From NCBI GenBank assembly GCA_030066875.1, contig JASJAS010000042.1, positions 1-60,447 of the forward strand: DNA of 60,447 nucleotides, given 5' to 3'. Made by a program: the position numbers and the translations under genes. Under the pieces are notes generated by a model. The model saw nothing but the letters and a program-made list of their open reading frames with translations. It searched no databases and was not told the origin of the DNA. The number at the start of each line of letters is the position of its first letter. Positions within the stretch are counted from its first letter, which is position 1. Source of the DNA: Acidimicrobiia bacterium. Lineage in GTDB: Bacteria > Actinomycetota > Acidimicrobiia > Spongiisociales > UBA5794. Below, piece after piece: positions 36,483 to 46,078 of this stretch.

Positions 36483-37952
36483 TCAGCTTCGATCCACGAT
36501 GACCGGGTCGGTCTTGCCGTCGCCGTCGACGTCGGCACACCCGGGCGTACCGCGGCCCGGTATGTCAGGGGCCGTGTCGAATCCAAAACCGTTCCAGACC
36601 CAAGCACCCCCAGCGACGATGGTCGGGTCATCGAGCTGATCGTGGATGGTGGCGAGAGCACCGTCGCAGACGGCAAATCCGGCGACCGGTTGCAGCACCG
36701 TTCCCGCCACCCAGATCTCGCGCAAGGACTCGGGAACGTAGACGCCGAGGTGGGCGCTGCGACCGGATGCATCGGCCCACTGGACCTCGGGGTGCAGCTC
36801 CATGAACGGGGTTGTCCGGTGGGGTCGCCTGAAGGAGACAACGAGGTCGAGGTTCCCGTCACCCGTGATATCGCCTTCAACGGCATCGACCAGGTCGCCG
36901 TAGCGGAAGGCGTCGAGTTCGACCCCGCCGCCACTCTCGCCCGGGATGCTGCGTACGAGGTTCCACCACGAGTCATGCAGCCATGCTGAGTCGCCTTCCG
37001 GAGGGAGCCACCCCACGAACTCGACCCGCCGATCGGGATGTTCGGCGATGCCTACCCGATAGGCCAGCACGCCTGCGGCGTCGGCAAGCACCTCGAGCAT
37101 CGCACCGGTGGTGCGATCGGAGCCGCCCTGGTCGAAGAGAAAGTTGCCCAGCGATGTGGCGACGACGGCCGGGCGAATTCCCACCCGAACCTGAACCGGC
37201 TGGTTCACGTGCGCCCCGTGGCCCCACACCACGTCGGTACCGGCCTCGGCAAGAGCGTCGGCGATTTCGCTCATCCCCGGATCTGTGACCGGTAGGTACT
37301 CGGTCCCGCCGTGTACCGAGACAACGACGACGTCAACCAAGTCACGCAACGCCGCGGCCGCCGCAGGGGACGTTTGCGAATCCCAGGTGGAAACCCCGGG
37401 CTGCTCACCCGCAGTTTGTGCCACCCCGGTCGCATCAAAGGCCAGAAAGCCGATCGCCAGGTCGCCGATCTGGACGATGGTGGGGGAGGTCGCGGCGTGG
37501 TGGTCTTCGCCGGCACCGACGACTTGCATCCCGGCGGCGACAACGGCATCGATGGTATCGACCAGTCCAAGCAGGCCGGCGTCGGTGGCGTGGTTGTTGG
37601 GCAGAGACATGAGGTCGAAACCTGCCGCAGCCAGGGTGGTAGCCGATTTGGGATCCCCCGCGAGCATGTGTTCGTTTGCCGAGGTGTGTGGTCGGCCCGT
37701 CAGCGGCGATTCGAGATTGGCGCCGGCGATGTCGGCGGCGGCAATGAGATGTCGCACGCCGGCGAACACGGACTCCGGATCGCTTTCTATGAGCCTGGCC
37801 AGACCTCGCCCGGTCATGACATCACCCACCAGCAAGATCCGGGCGGGTGTATCACCCGTTGGTTCGGATACTTCGGGGGAGCCCTCCACCACGATGTCAC
37901 CGCAACCCGCGACCAGAACGGCTGTGGCAACGGCCAGGAGGGCGAGTCTCAT
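36483..37952 (-). CDS. CapA / PGA_cap family metallophosphoesterase lipoprotein with a C-terminal FG-GAP-like region
   Basis: Lipobox VAGC; GDVM.GR, NLESP, NNHATD, HGG.EY, GHGAHV, SLGNFLFD; DITGDG and DVDGDG motifs. Confidence 0.85.
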   Translation of the reverse strand: MRLALLAVATAVLVAGCGDIVVEGSPEVSEPTGDTPARILLVGDVMTGRGLARLIESDPESVFAGVRHLIAAADIAGANLESPLTGRPHTSANEHMLAGDPKSATTLAAAGFDLMSLPNNHATDAGLLGLVDTIDAVVAAGMQVVGAGEDHHAATSPTIVQIGDLAIGFLAFDATGVAQTAGEQPGVSTWDSQTSPAAAAALRDLVDVVVVSVHGGTEYLPVTDPGMSEIADALAEAGTDVVWGHGAHVNQPVQVRVGIRPAVVATSLGNFLFDQGGSDRTTGAMLEVLADAAGVLAYRVGIAEHPDRRVEFVGWLPPEGDSAWLHDSWWNLVRSIPGESGGGVELDAFRYGDLVDAVEGDITGDGNLDLVVSFRRPHRTTPFMELHPEVQWADASGRSAHLGVYVPESLREIWVAGTVLQPVAGFAVCDGALATIHDQLDDPTIVAGGAWVWNGFGFDTAPDIPGRGTPGCADVDGDGKTDPVIVDRS

Positions 37953-38007
37953 CGTGCCATTCTTGCTTGCTTGTGAGCTATCGGGCTGACACCATGGTGC
38001 CGCTGCC

Positions 38008-38778
38008 ATGCCGAGAAGCACTGCATCTTTCAGGTTCTATGCCGAGCTGAACGACTTCCTCCCCGCCGCCAACAACTCGGGTTTGGTGATCCGCGAGTTC
38101 GATGAGTCACCAAGTGTCAAGGACCAGATCGAGGCGTGCGGTGTCCCCCACACTGAGGTCGACCTGGTTCTCGCCAATGGCGAGTCGGTTGGGTTCTCCT
38201 ACCGGCTCTGTGATGGAGACGAGATAGGCGTCTACCCGGTATTCGAGTCGTTCGACATTGCTGCGGTGTCGAAGGTCCGTCCGGAACCGCTGCGTGAGAT
38301 GCGATTCGTCGTCGACATCAACCTGGGGAAGCTGGCCCGCTATCTGCGGTTGCTCGGGTTCGATGCCCTGTCAGACGGTCAGCTTCGCGACACCGATTTG
38401 GTCGCGATCTCGGTTGACGAGCAACGAATCCTGCTCACCAAAGACCGGCCCCTGCTGAAACGATCGGCAGTGACTCACGGGTACTTCGTGCGCGCCGTCC
38501 ATCCTGAAGACCAGGTCGTTGAGGTGGTGCGTCGCTTCGACCTGAGTCGCCTGATCGAACCTTTTGCCCGCTGTCTCGAGTGCAACGGACTGATCGAGCC
38601 TGTCGGCAAGAACGAGATCGAACACCTCCTGGAGCCGTTAACCAAGCGCTACTTCGACGAGTTCCGGCGTTGCCCGGGCTGTGGCCGCATCTTCTGGCGC
38701 GGATCCCATCATGAGAGGCTCGCGGTCCTGGTCGAGACGGTGCGGTCCGTCGCTATGCCTTCTCCGCCAGACGCTTGA
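38008..38778 (+). CDS. Ubiquitin-like + Mut7-C RNase (PIN-like, Zn-ribbon) domain protein
   Basis: FYAELNDFL, GVPHTEVDL..NG, D.NLGKLARYLRLLGFD, RCLECN and CPGC..IFW.GSH. Confidence 0.88.
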   Translation: MPRSTASFRFYAELNDFLPAANNSGLVIREFDESPSVKDQIEACGVPHTEVDLVLANGESVGFSYRLCDGDEIGVYPVFESFDIAAVSKVRPEPLREMRFVVDINLGKLARYLRLLGFDALSDGQLRDTDLVAISVDEQRILLTKDRPLLKRSAVTHGYFVRAVHPEDQVVEVVRRFDLSRLIEPFARCLECNGLIEPVGKNEIEHLLEPLTKRYFDEFRRCPGCGRIFWRGSHHERLAVLVETVRSVAMPSPPDA

Positions 38779-39907
38779 TTTCGAGCAGCATCTTCCGGTT
38801 CATGACGAAAGTGACTACTTCCATGGGGAAACGCCCGAAGAACAGTCGGTTGACAAACCCGGGCGTGTAGTCGCTGCGGCCTCGAGTCAGCAGACGGCAA
38901 TTCCCGGCAGATGTCTTGACTGTCACAAACTGCCACGTCGAAACTCCCCAGCCCTTGTCATCACTCACCTCGGCCGGGGAGCCGAAGAGAACCAGGGCAT
39001 GCGGCGGCTCAACGATTCTCACCTCGAGTGACGGCGACGAAGGGTGGAGGTAGATCTCGTCACCCACGGCCGGACTCTGATACTGGGGCAGGATCTGGGT
39101 CGTGTTCGCGATCCTGCAACCGAACATGTTCTCGAGCGTCTGATAGCTGTAGAACCCGCCGCGTTGCTGCCCGATCTGTGCCACCCACGGCCACACCGCC
39201 TCGGGGGCCGCCGCGATCTCGACTGCAAGTGTGTAGGTCCATTTTGGATCGGGGATGAGCTCGTCTCCCGAGAGCGAGTCGGTGGCTTCCGTCCCGACGG
39301 TGCCCCAGCGCAGCCGGTTCCGACCGATCAACGGCGTCGCTAGGAAGTGGTAGACGATGAGGGCCAAGCCCTCGAGGGCTGCCAGCAGTCCCTTCCCCGG
39401 TGGCTCTTCAGGCTGGTCCCCGATGGGGCGGAACCCAACTACCGGCTGGTCGGTCAAAGCCTCCTGCAGCGCGGCAGTGCTCTTCTGCAGTGCCGACCAC
39501 AGATCCGGAGCGATACGAGCCGAGACCTTGGGGTTCTTTCGCAGATGATCTGCGACGGCTCTCGTAGCCTCATCGGCGGCGAGTTCGCGAGCTTCCACTT
39601 CCTGTCTCCGGTGCCCTACCCACAGGCCAATCGGAGGTGCGGCCTCGATGTTGCGAAACCAATCGGAAGTGCGGCCCCAGCCCGACAGCACGCGGTACTC
39701 GCCGTCCACCGGGCGGTGTTGCAGCACCTCGAGTGTGGTGTGCCGTTCTGCGCCGCTCGTTCGCCCCCGATGGACCAGGACGACCAGCCGACTGCCAAAA
39801 AGGAAACCCAGCCCGAAGCGATACAGGTATACCGGCAGGTCCATGAAACGCTTCTGCCACCTGCCGGGTTTGGGCCGGGACCTTCGCGATGTCGATATGT
39901 TCGTCAT
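38753..39907 (-). CDS. Fusion of an F420H2-dependent nitroreductase-family (FDOR-A) domain and an SRPBCC-like (WGxx..GD) domain
   Basis: HRGRTSG..H.T.LEV and SDWFRNIEA.P in the N-terminal half; RWGT...LSGD, VWPWVAQIG..RGGFYSY and FVMNRKML in the C-terminal half; AGGAG Shine-Dalgarno before 39907. Confidence 0.75.
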   Translation of the reverse strand: MTNISTSRRSRPKPGRWQKRFMDLPVYLYRFGLGFLFGSRLVVLVHRGRTSGAERHTTLEVLQHRPVDGEYRVLSGWGRTSDWFRNIEAAPPIGLWVGHRRQEVEARELAADEATRAVADHLRKNPKVSARIAPDLWSALQKSTAALQEALTDQPVVGFRPIGDQPEEPPGKGLLAALEGLALIVYHFLATPLIGRNRLRWGTVGTEATDSLSGDELIPDPKWTYTLAVEIAAAPEAVWPWVAQIGQQRGGFYSYQTLENMFGCRIANTTQILPQYQSPAVGDEIYLHPSSPSLEVRIVEPPHALVLFGSPAEVSDDKGWGVSTWQFVTVKTSAGNCRLLTRGRSDYTPGFVNRLFFGRFPMEVVTFVMNRKMLLEIKRLAEKA

Positions 39908-40174
39908 CCTTGCTCCTCGCGACTTCCGCGACATCGTGCTCTCTTCGACGGCTGCTTCCCAGGGCCAGAGGTCACCGATCGGCGATTGCAGTCGAGTGCC
40001 ACACTCTCGGCGTTGACCGAGGAGTTGGCATTGGATTTGAGTCTTGATCGCGAGCGGGGTCGATGTCCCAAACGCCGTCGGCAATGGATTTGCGCCGCCG
40101 CGTAGTCGAGTTCTCGACCGCACCTCAGCTAGAACGATCTTGTCAAGACGTGTCGCGACCTGCACAGTGTCCGG

Positions 40175-41164
40175 GTGACGACGACACGTAGCGCCGCCGA
40201 TTGGGTGCTGTCCTCCGAGGAACCTTGGAGCCGGTATCGAGCCCTGCTCGATCTCGAAGGTCGTGATCCCGGTGACCCCGAAGTTCTCGACGCCCGCGAT
40301 GAGATGCTCGAGCATCCCGCGGTCCTCGGGCTGATTGGTCGGTCTGCCGACTGGCCCGGCTACCCGCTGAAACGGCACAACGATGCCGCGCATCCGTTGT
40401 ACGCGATCAGCACCTTGGCCGACTTCGGTCTTGAACGGGAGGACCTCGAGATCGCCGAGATAGCCGGTTCGGTGATGGCACACTTCGACGGCGAAGGCTT
40501 CGAAACGTTGCTGTGGCTGCCGCGGTTTCTCACCAAGGAGGACGACGCCGAGGCGTGGAGTTGGATGCTGTGCGATTCGCCAACGTTGCTGTACTCGTTG
40601 TTGGCATTCGGTTACGGGGACGAACCCGCTGTGCGACAGGCGGTGACCGCTCTCGCCGGTAGGTCCGCCGACAACGGCTGGCGGTGCGGTGCGGCTGAGT
40701 CGCTACCCAGCTTCTCCGGGCCGGGCAGGAAGGACGACACCTGCCCTATTGCCACCATCTACTCGCTCAAAGTGCTCTCGATGGTTCCGGAACTGAGCGA
40801 CTCGGCGATGACGGCCAACGGTGTCGAGGCCATCCTCAGCCACTGGGAATATCAGACGGAGTACAAGCTGAAGATGTTCGGGATCGGCACCGACTTCCGC
40901 AAGCTGAAATACCCTTTCGTCTGGTACGACATTCTGCACGTTGCTGACGTACTGAGCCGATTCCCGCAGGCACGCAGCGACCCGCGTTATGCCGAGTTGG
41001 TCGCCGAAATCACTTCGCAGGCTGGGCTGGACGGCCGTTATGCGGCTGGTTCGATGTATCGGGCCTGGAAGGACTGGAGCTTCGCCGACAAGAAGGAGCC
41101 TTCACCCTTCTTGACCATGCTGGTCCTACGTATCCAGGCCCGGCGAGAGACCGAAGGTCTCTAG
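40175..41164 (+). CDS. Hypothetical protein, probable alpha/alpha-toroid (prenyltransferase/squalene-cyclase-like)
   Basis: P..RYRAL.DL, DNGWRC, F.KL.YP..WYDIL and PSPFLT pattern. Confidence 0.6.
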   Translation: MTTTRSAADWVLSSEEPWSRYRALLDLEGRDPGDPEVLDARDEMLEHPAVLGLIGRSADWPGYPLKRHNDAAHPLYAISTLADFGLEREDLEIAEIAGSVMAHFDGEGFETLLWLPRFLTKEDDAEAWSWMLCDSPTLLYSLLAFGYGDEPAVRQAVTALAGRSADNGWRCGAAESLPSFSGPGRKDDTCPIATIYSLKVLSMVPELSDSAMTANGVEAILSHWEYQTEYKLKMFGIGTDFRKLKYPFVWYDILHVADVLSRFPQARSDPRYAELVAEITSQAGLDGRYAAGSMYRAWKDWSFADKKEPSPFLTMLVLRIQARRETEGL

Positions 41165-41256
41165 CGGCCGGTAGCGGGTCCGTTCCGAAAAATCGATGGC
41201 TTCACCTAGATCTCCGTTGCCGGACCGGATCGTCTTCGTCGAGAATACGCACCCCG

Positions 41257-42735
41257 ATGGCACAGACGAAACGTGGCACGATCGACAGAGACACGCGGCT
41301 GCGGCTGCTGGCAACTGCGGGAGTTGTGGTTGCGGTGCTGCTCCTTGTGGCGGCTCGTTACGGCTACCACCGCGACGAGCTGTACTTCGTAGCGGCTACT
41401 GATCGCCTGGCGTGGGGGTACGTGGATCAACCGCCGTTCACCATCTGGATCGCTTGGATCGCCGAGTCTCTCGCTCCCGGATCCGTCTTCGCACTCCGGG
41501 TCATTCCTGCTCTTGCGATAGGTGTGGTCGTCTTCATCGGCGGCCTGATCGCGCGGCAGCTCGGCGGCGGTCGCACGGCAGTTCTCATGGGCGCGGCTGC
41601 GGTGGCGACGGCGGGCATCTTCTTGGCTGTCGGCCACCTTCTCAGCACGACGACGTTCGACATCCTGCTCTGGTCGATCGTCCTCTACCTCTTTGTGCAG
41701 ATCCTCGATGATGGAGATCCCCGGCTCTGGGTTGTTCTCGGGGCGGTGGCCGGGCTCGGTTTGCTCAACAAGCATCTGATGCTGTTCCTACTGTTCGGCA
41801 TGTTCGCCGGCTTGCTCTTGACCCGGCAGCGTCGTCTCCTCGCCAGCCGGTGGCCCTGGTTGGGCGGCTTGGTGGCGCTAGTGGTGTGGGCGCCAAACCT
41901 CGTCTGGCAGCTACAGAATGATTGGCCCACGATCGAGATGTTGGGCAGCCTGCAGGAGGGCAACTCGGGGCTGGCAGCGGCCATCGAGTTCATTGGTCTT
42001 CAGATCCCGTTCCTGTCGATCGTGCTGTTGCCGATTGCATTCATCGGCCTGCGCCGGATGCTCCGACCCGAAGGTGTGGAGTTCCGGCCCATTGCAGTGG
42101 GATTCTTGGCGGTTGTTGCGTTGATGCTGCTCGCGGGAGGAAAGGGCTACTACGTCGTTCCGTACTACGTGGTGTTTCTCCCGATGGGGATGGTGGAGAT
42201 GGAGGAGCGATGGTCGGCCAGGTCGGGCCGGTTCTCCCGGCGAGCGGTGGCGGGAGTGATGTTGGCCGGCGTCTTCGTGATGAGCCCCTTCTTCCTTCCA
42301 GTGCTACCGGCGAGCGCCGTTGGTCCGTTCAATGCCGTCAATCCGGAACTCGGGGAAACCGTCGGATGGGATGAACTGGCCGACCAGGTCGCCGGTGTCA
42401 ACGCATCCGTCGATGCGGCGGTGGTGTTCACCGGCAGCTACGGCGAAGCCGGAGCAATCGAGTTGTACGGCCCGGAGCTTGGGTTGCCTCCGGCTAGCAG
42501 CGGTCACAACGCCTACTGGATGTGGGGGCCGCCGCCAGATGATGCCGTGCCGGTCATCGTCATCGGGTACGGAGAAGCCTGGATGGATCGAGGTTGTAGG
42601 CGCTGGGATCCCGCCGGCACCATCAGCAACGCTGCCGGCGTCGACAATGAGGAGATGGGTCTCCCCATCGCGGTGTGCCACGAGATGCGACGACCCTGGT
42701 CTGAAGTGTGGGATGAACTTCGCCACTACAACTAG
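41257..42735 (+). CDS. GT-C glycosyltransferase (GT39/PMT_2, ArnT-like)
   Basis: YHRDELYF..WGYVDQPP, GLLNK, PNLVWQ, ETVGW, YGEAGA and SGHNAYW.WG. Confidence 0.85.
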   Translation: MAQTKRGTIDRDTRLRLLATAGVVVAVLLLVAARYGYHRDELYFVAATDRLAWGYVDQPPFTIWIAWIAESLAPGSVFALRVIPALAIGVVVFIGGLIARQLGGGRTAVLMGAAAVATAGIFLAVGHLLSTTTFDILLWSIVLYLFVQILDDGDPRLWVVLGAVAGLGLLNKHLMLFLLFGMFAGLLLTRQRRLLASRWPWLGGLVALVVWAPNLVWQLQNDWPTIEMLGSLQEGNSGLAAAIEFIGLQIPFLSIVLLPIAFIGLRRMLRPEGVEFRPIAVGFLAVVALMLLAGGKGYYVVPYYVVFLPMGMVEMEERWSARSGRFSRRAVAGVMLAGVFVMSPFFLPVLPASAVGPFNAVNPELGETVGWDELADQVAGVNASVDAAVVFTGSYGEAGAIELYGPELGLPPASSGHNAYWMWGPPPDDAVPVIVIGYGEAWMDRGCRRWDPAGTISNAAGVDNEEMGLPIAVCHEMRRPWSEVWDELRHYN

Positions 42736-42799
42736 GGGGAACTAGGTGGATCGCTCAGGGTGATTCCCCATGGCGGCGAGTACCGGCCGCGCCGATGAT
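42731..42799 (+). promoter_or_regulatory. Promoter motif similar to that at 4056-4123
   Basis: ACTAGGGGGA-ACTAGGTGGA-TCGCT-CAGGGTGATTCCCCATG-N21-GATGAT, 6 nt before ATG 42806. Confidence 0.5.
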
Positions 42800-42805
42800 T
42801 TGCGT

Positions 42806-43828
42806 ATGGCGATGTCACTATCGAAGCGATGGATCAGCGGGTTCGCCTTCGTCTTCCTATCCGCGCTGCTCGTGGTTACCGCTTCGGAGCGGGTCTATTG
42901 GTATGTCGGCGGCGTTTCCCTCGATTCGATCCTCGGTATCGCCATCTTCTACATGATCCCGACCCTGGCCGGGCTGTGGGCGCTTGGCAGCGGACCGTCC
43001 ATTCGGCTGCATCAAGTAGTCCTGGCAGGCGCGATTTTCGGTTTCGTCGTGGAAGGGGTGCTCACCGCCGTTGTTTACGAGGACGGTGTATTGCCGATCA
43101 TGGCAGCGCTGTTTGTCGGCTGGCACGGGCTGCTCAGCGTTGTCGCTTTCTGGTATCTCACCCGGCGCTGGCTGCTCGCGCGGCGACGTCGTTCCTTGGT
43201 CATCGGTTCGGCCGCAGTCGGGCTGCTCTGGGGTATCTGGTCCATCGTCTACACGCTGCCCGAGGCCAGCGAGGGTTTCGAGGCCGGCTTCACCACCATG
43301 GATCCGGGCGGGTTTGCGATCTACGCACTGGTTGTGGGTCTAGCGTTCGCCGCGGCGCACTACCTGATCGGCTACGTATGGCCGAAGCAATTCCAACCCG
43401 GCAAGTGGGGGAGCCGGGGCATCGTCATGTTGCTAGCTGCCTACGCGGCGACGGCGGTGTTGCCGGCCGTTCCCTGGGCTCCGATCAAGTTCGCCATCCT
43501 GGTCGGCGGATCGCTCTGGCTACTGCGCCGCAGCCGGGAAGCGGGTCCCGAGGAGCCATCGGCCATCGCGGCCCTTCAGGGTCACGTGCGATTGCGTGAT
43601 GTTGTGCTCTTGCTAGTCATGCCGGTGGTTTCCGCGACCGCGTACTCGGTCGTCTGGTCGATGGAGCTCAGCACAGCCGCGGTTGAGGCCATCTTCACGA
43701 CGGTGTCGTTGTTGACGGTGCTGGCTGGGCTCAGCGCGTTTGGATGGGCGGCTCGTTGTTCGCTGCGGAGGCCGGCAGGGTCGCGACACGCTCAGGCGTC
43801 GAGTAGCCAGCGAGCGATCTCGACGTGA
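42806..43828 (+). CDS. Hypothetical integral membrane protein (~10 TM)
   Basis: Multiple hydrophobic helices with intramembrane polar motifs SER, VEG and WH. Confidence 0.7.
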   Translation: MAMSLSKRWISGFAFVFLSALLVVTASERVYWYVGGVSLDSILGIAIFYMIPTLAGLWALGSGPSIRLHQVVLAGAIFGFVVEGVLTAVVYEDGVLPIMAALFVGWHGLLSVVAFWYLTRRWLLARRRRSLVIGSAAVGLLWGIWSIVYTLPEASEGFEAGFTTMDPGGFAIYALVVGLAFAAAHYLIGYVWPKQFQPGKWGSRGIVMLLAAYAATAVLPAVPWAPIKFAILVGGSLWLLRRSREAGPEEPSAIAALQGHVRLRDVVLLLVMPVVSATAYSVVWSMELSTAAVEAIFTTVSLLTVLAGLSAFGWAARCSLRRPAGSRHAQASSSQRAIST

Positions 43829-44667
43829 CGGGTGAGTATCTCGCCGCCTTCGAAGCCCCAAGCGACTGCGTGTCCAAATGCCCAAAGGCGGGAACGCTCC
43901 CGGTTCAGACCGAGCTCACGTGTCAACCGATCCAGCCGGTGTGTCACGGCTTCGGCACTGTGTCCGAGCTCGGGGGAGCGAATAATCGGGCTCAGCCCGA
44001 ACTCGCGTTCCCCGCGAAGTGGTTTTGGGTCGATCGCAAGCCAGGGCTCCCGGTCGGCACGCAACACGTTGTCGCCATGCAGGTCTTGGTGGACTAGCAC
44101 CTGCTCGCCCTGGCTCGCCGCCAGACCGGGCAGGACGGCCAACGCTTCAGCGAGGAGGATGCGGTCGAATGGCTCCCCGGCGTCCTCGTACTCGGCCGGG
44201 AGGTTCTCAACCCACCTCTCGACTTCTGTCGCGAGGCTTCCATAGGGATCGCCCACTGGTATCCACAGGCGGGGGAGCAGACCGATCATCACCCCCAACG
44301 CGGTATCGACTCCCGCCCGCGACAGGTGGTCACCCGGTATGCACCGCTCGAGCAGTAGGGCGCGACTGTCGGGATCGTGCTCGACAAGCCGGATGGCACC
44401 GTTGCCGTCCCAGTCCTGCAATGCAGCTGCCTCGTGTTCGCTCTCCCGCCCCGGGAATTGGATCTTCAGGGCCAACGCCTCGCCGTGGCGTTCCGCGGGC
44501 ACGACGAGCGAGACGTAAGAGTCCTGATACGGCATTCCCAGCTCGAGCTCCCAGCGTGCCGCCGCTTGTCCTACTCTCGCAGGGAGCGCGTTCAGCCATT
44601 TGGTGCCTGCCTTCGTTGCGCCGAGCCAGCTGAGACTTGCGGGTATGGGCGGCTCGGCGGTCGGCAT
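43792..44667 (-). CDS. APH(6)/hydroxyurea-resistance-like phosphotransferase family
   Basis: WL..LP, ALK, EAAAL..WDG.GA, LLLER, HQDLH.DN and AIDPKP..GE. Confidence 0.85.
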   Translation of the reverse strand: MPTAEPPIPASLSWLGATKAGTKWLNALPARVGQAAARWELELGMPYQDSYVSLVVPAERHGEALALKIQFPGRESEHEAAALQDWDGNGAIRLVEHDPDSRALLLERCIPGDHLSRAGVDTALGVMIGLLPRLWIPVGDPYGSLATEVERWVENLPAEYEDAGEPFDRILLAEALAVLPGLAASQGEQVLVHQDLHGDNVLRADREPWLAIDPKPLRGEREFGLSPIIRSPELGHSAEAVTHRLDRLTRELGLNRERSRLWAFGHAVAWGFEGGEILTRHVEIARWLLDA

Positions 44668-44671
44668 CGGC

Positions 44672-46078
44672 CTATTGAAGCGTTTCCGCCAGGGCGTTGA
44701 TCCCATCGACGAAGCACTCGATCGGTGCCTCCACCAGCCCGGCGCCGACCATTCCGGTGCCGGGCACTTTCCCGGCGACCCCGGTGTTGATCTGAGGGAG
44801 GACTCCGGTACGCACCACTCGGGCTGCATCTATGCCGACCGGGGTTCCGCGGAACTCCAGCATCGGGATCTGGTAGGCGGGGTGCTCCTCGAGGGTGATC
44901 TCGTACATTGCCAAGGTGCGCCGCACGGCACCGGCCGCGGTGCCACCGACGAATCCGACGATCGCCGGGGCGGCTGCCATGGCGAAGCCGCCGAGGCCGA
45001 CCGTTTCCGTGATGGTCGAATCGCCGATGTCCGGGCTGGCATCTTCTTCGGTGAAGGATCCGAGATAGAGCCCGTCGACCGGTGGAGCCGGGGCGGTAAA
45101 CCAAGCATCTCCAGTGCCCGATAGCCGGATCCCGAAGTCGGTGCCGTTGCGGGCCATCACCGTTACCAGACTCGAAGCCGGCACCCCCGCAGCCGCATCC
45201 GATCCGAGCTTGCCGGCAGCCATCACCAGGTTGAGCATGAAGTGGTCGTTACCGTCGATGAACTTGAAGACATCGAGCCGTTGATCGGTAGGGGCGTCGG
45301 CCCCATCGACCAGGGCGCCGCCTATTTCGCGGAGGAACAGCGATGTCACCGCTCGGTTGCGATTGTGGCCGTCGTCCCCCATCTGGAGCGCTTGGGCAAT
45401 CAGTGCCTGCAGGTCGATCGGACCGCGGCTGCGCAGTGCCGAGCCCAACACCGGGCCGAGTACCCGGTCTATCCATTGCAACCGCTCGATGACTTCGGGG
45501 GCGAAGGCGCCGTAGCGAAGCACCTTGCCGAGACCCTCGTTGAGGGTGGAGTAGGACACGCCCTCGCCGGCTCCGTCTTCAATTACTGCCACGGGCATCG
45601 AAGGCGAGGTCACTCCTGCCATGGGTCCGACTGCGCCATGATGATGGCACGGTGACAACTCGACCTCACCGCGGGTCGCCTTCAGTGCAGCGTCTTCTGG
45701 GTCCGTGGCGAGACCCTCGTACAGCATCGCTCCGATGATGGCGCCACGCATTGGGCCGCTGGCTCGTTCCCACTCGATTGGCGGGCCGGCATGGAAGAAG
45801 GTGCGGTCGCTCATACCGGGAAAGACATCTCGGGCAACTCCGACATCGACGAGGTGAGGCCGGACTGCGAGCAGGCGTTGGATGGCGGTGTTGTTGGCGT
45901 CGACCATCCGACCATCGGCCGTCAACCGGGCCAATGCCGCGGCCGTATCCGGATGGGGTGGACGCCAGTCGGCGCGAGCAACGGCCGCTCCCTGCTGCTC
46001 GATGGAATCGGCCAGCATGTCGGTACCTGCCGCCGCGACCACCGGCTCATTGTCGAGAAGATCGTTCAAGTGGGTCAT
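44672..46078 (-). CDS. DUF1116 protein (YlbE/AllG-like)
   Basis: HAGPP, PCHHHGAVGPMAG..SPSM, NEGLGKVLRYGA, MGDD.HNRN, MARNG, D.GDS.ITE and P.INTG.A. Confidence 0.88.
   Translation of the reverse strand: MTHLNDLLDNEPVVAAAGTDMLADSIEQQGAAVARADWRPPHPDTAAALARLTADGRMVDANNTAIQRLLAVRPHLVDVGVARDVFPGMSDRTFFHAGPPIEWERASGPMRGAIIGAMLYEGLATDPEDAALKATRGEVELSPCHHHGAVGPMAGVTSPSMPVAVIEDGAGEGVSYSTLNEGLGKVLRYGAFAPEVIERLQWIDRVLGPVLGSALRSRGPIDLQALIAQALQMGDDGHNRNRAVTSLFLREIGGALVDGADAPTDQRLDVFKFIDGNDHFMLNLVMAAGKLGSDAAAGVPASSLVTVMARNGTDFGIRLSGTGDAWFTAPAPPVDGLYLGSFTEEDASPDIGDSTITETVGLGGFAMAAAPAIVGFVGGTAAGAVRRTLAMYEITLEEHPAYQIPMLEFRGTPVGIDAARVVRTGVLPQINTGVAGKVPGTGMVGAGLVEAPIECFVDGINALAETLQ

Noticed and set aside
43792-44667. 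Acquired streptomycin-resistance gene
   Set aside because: There is no mobile-element context, and divergent APH(6)-like kinases are common chromosomal genes in Actinomycetota.
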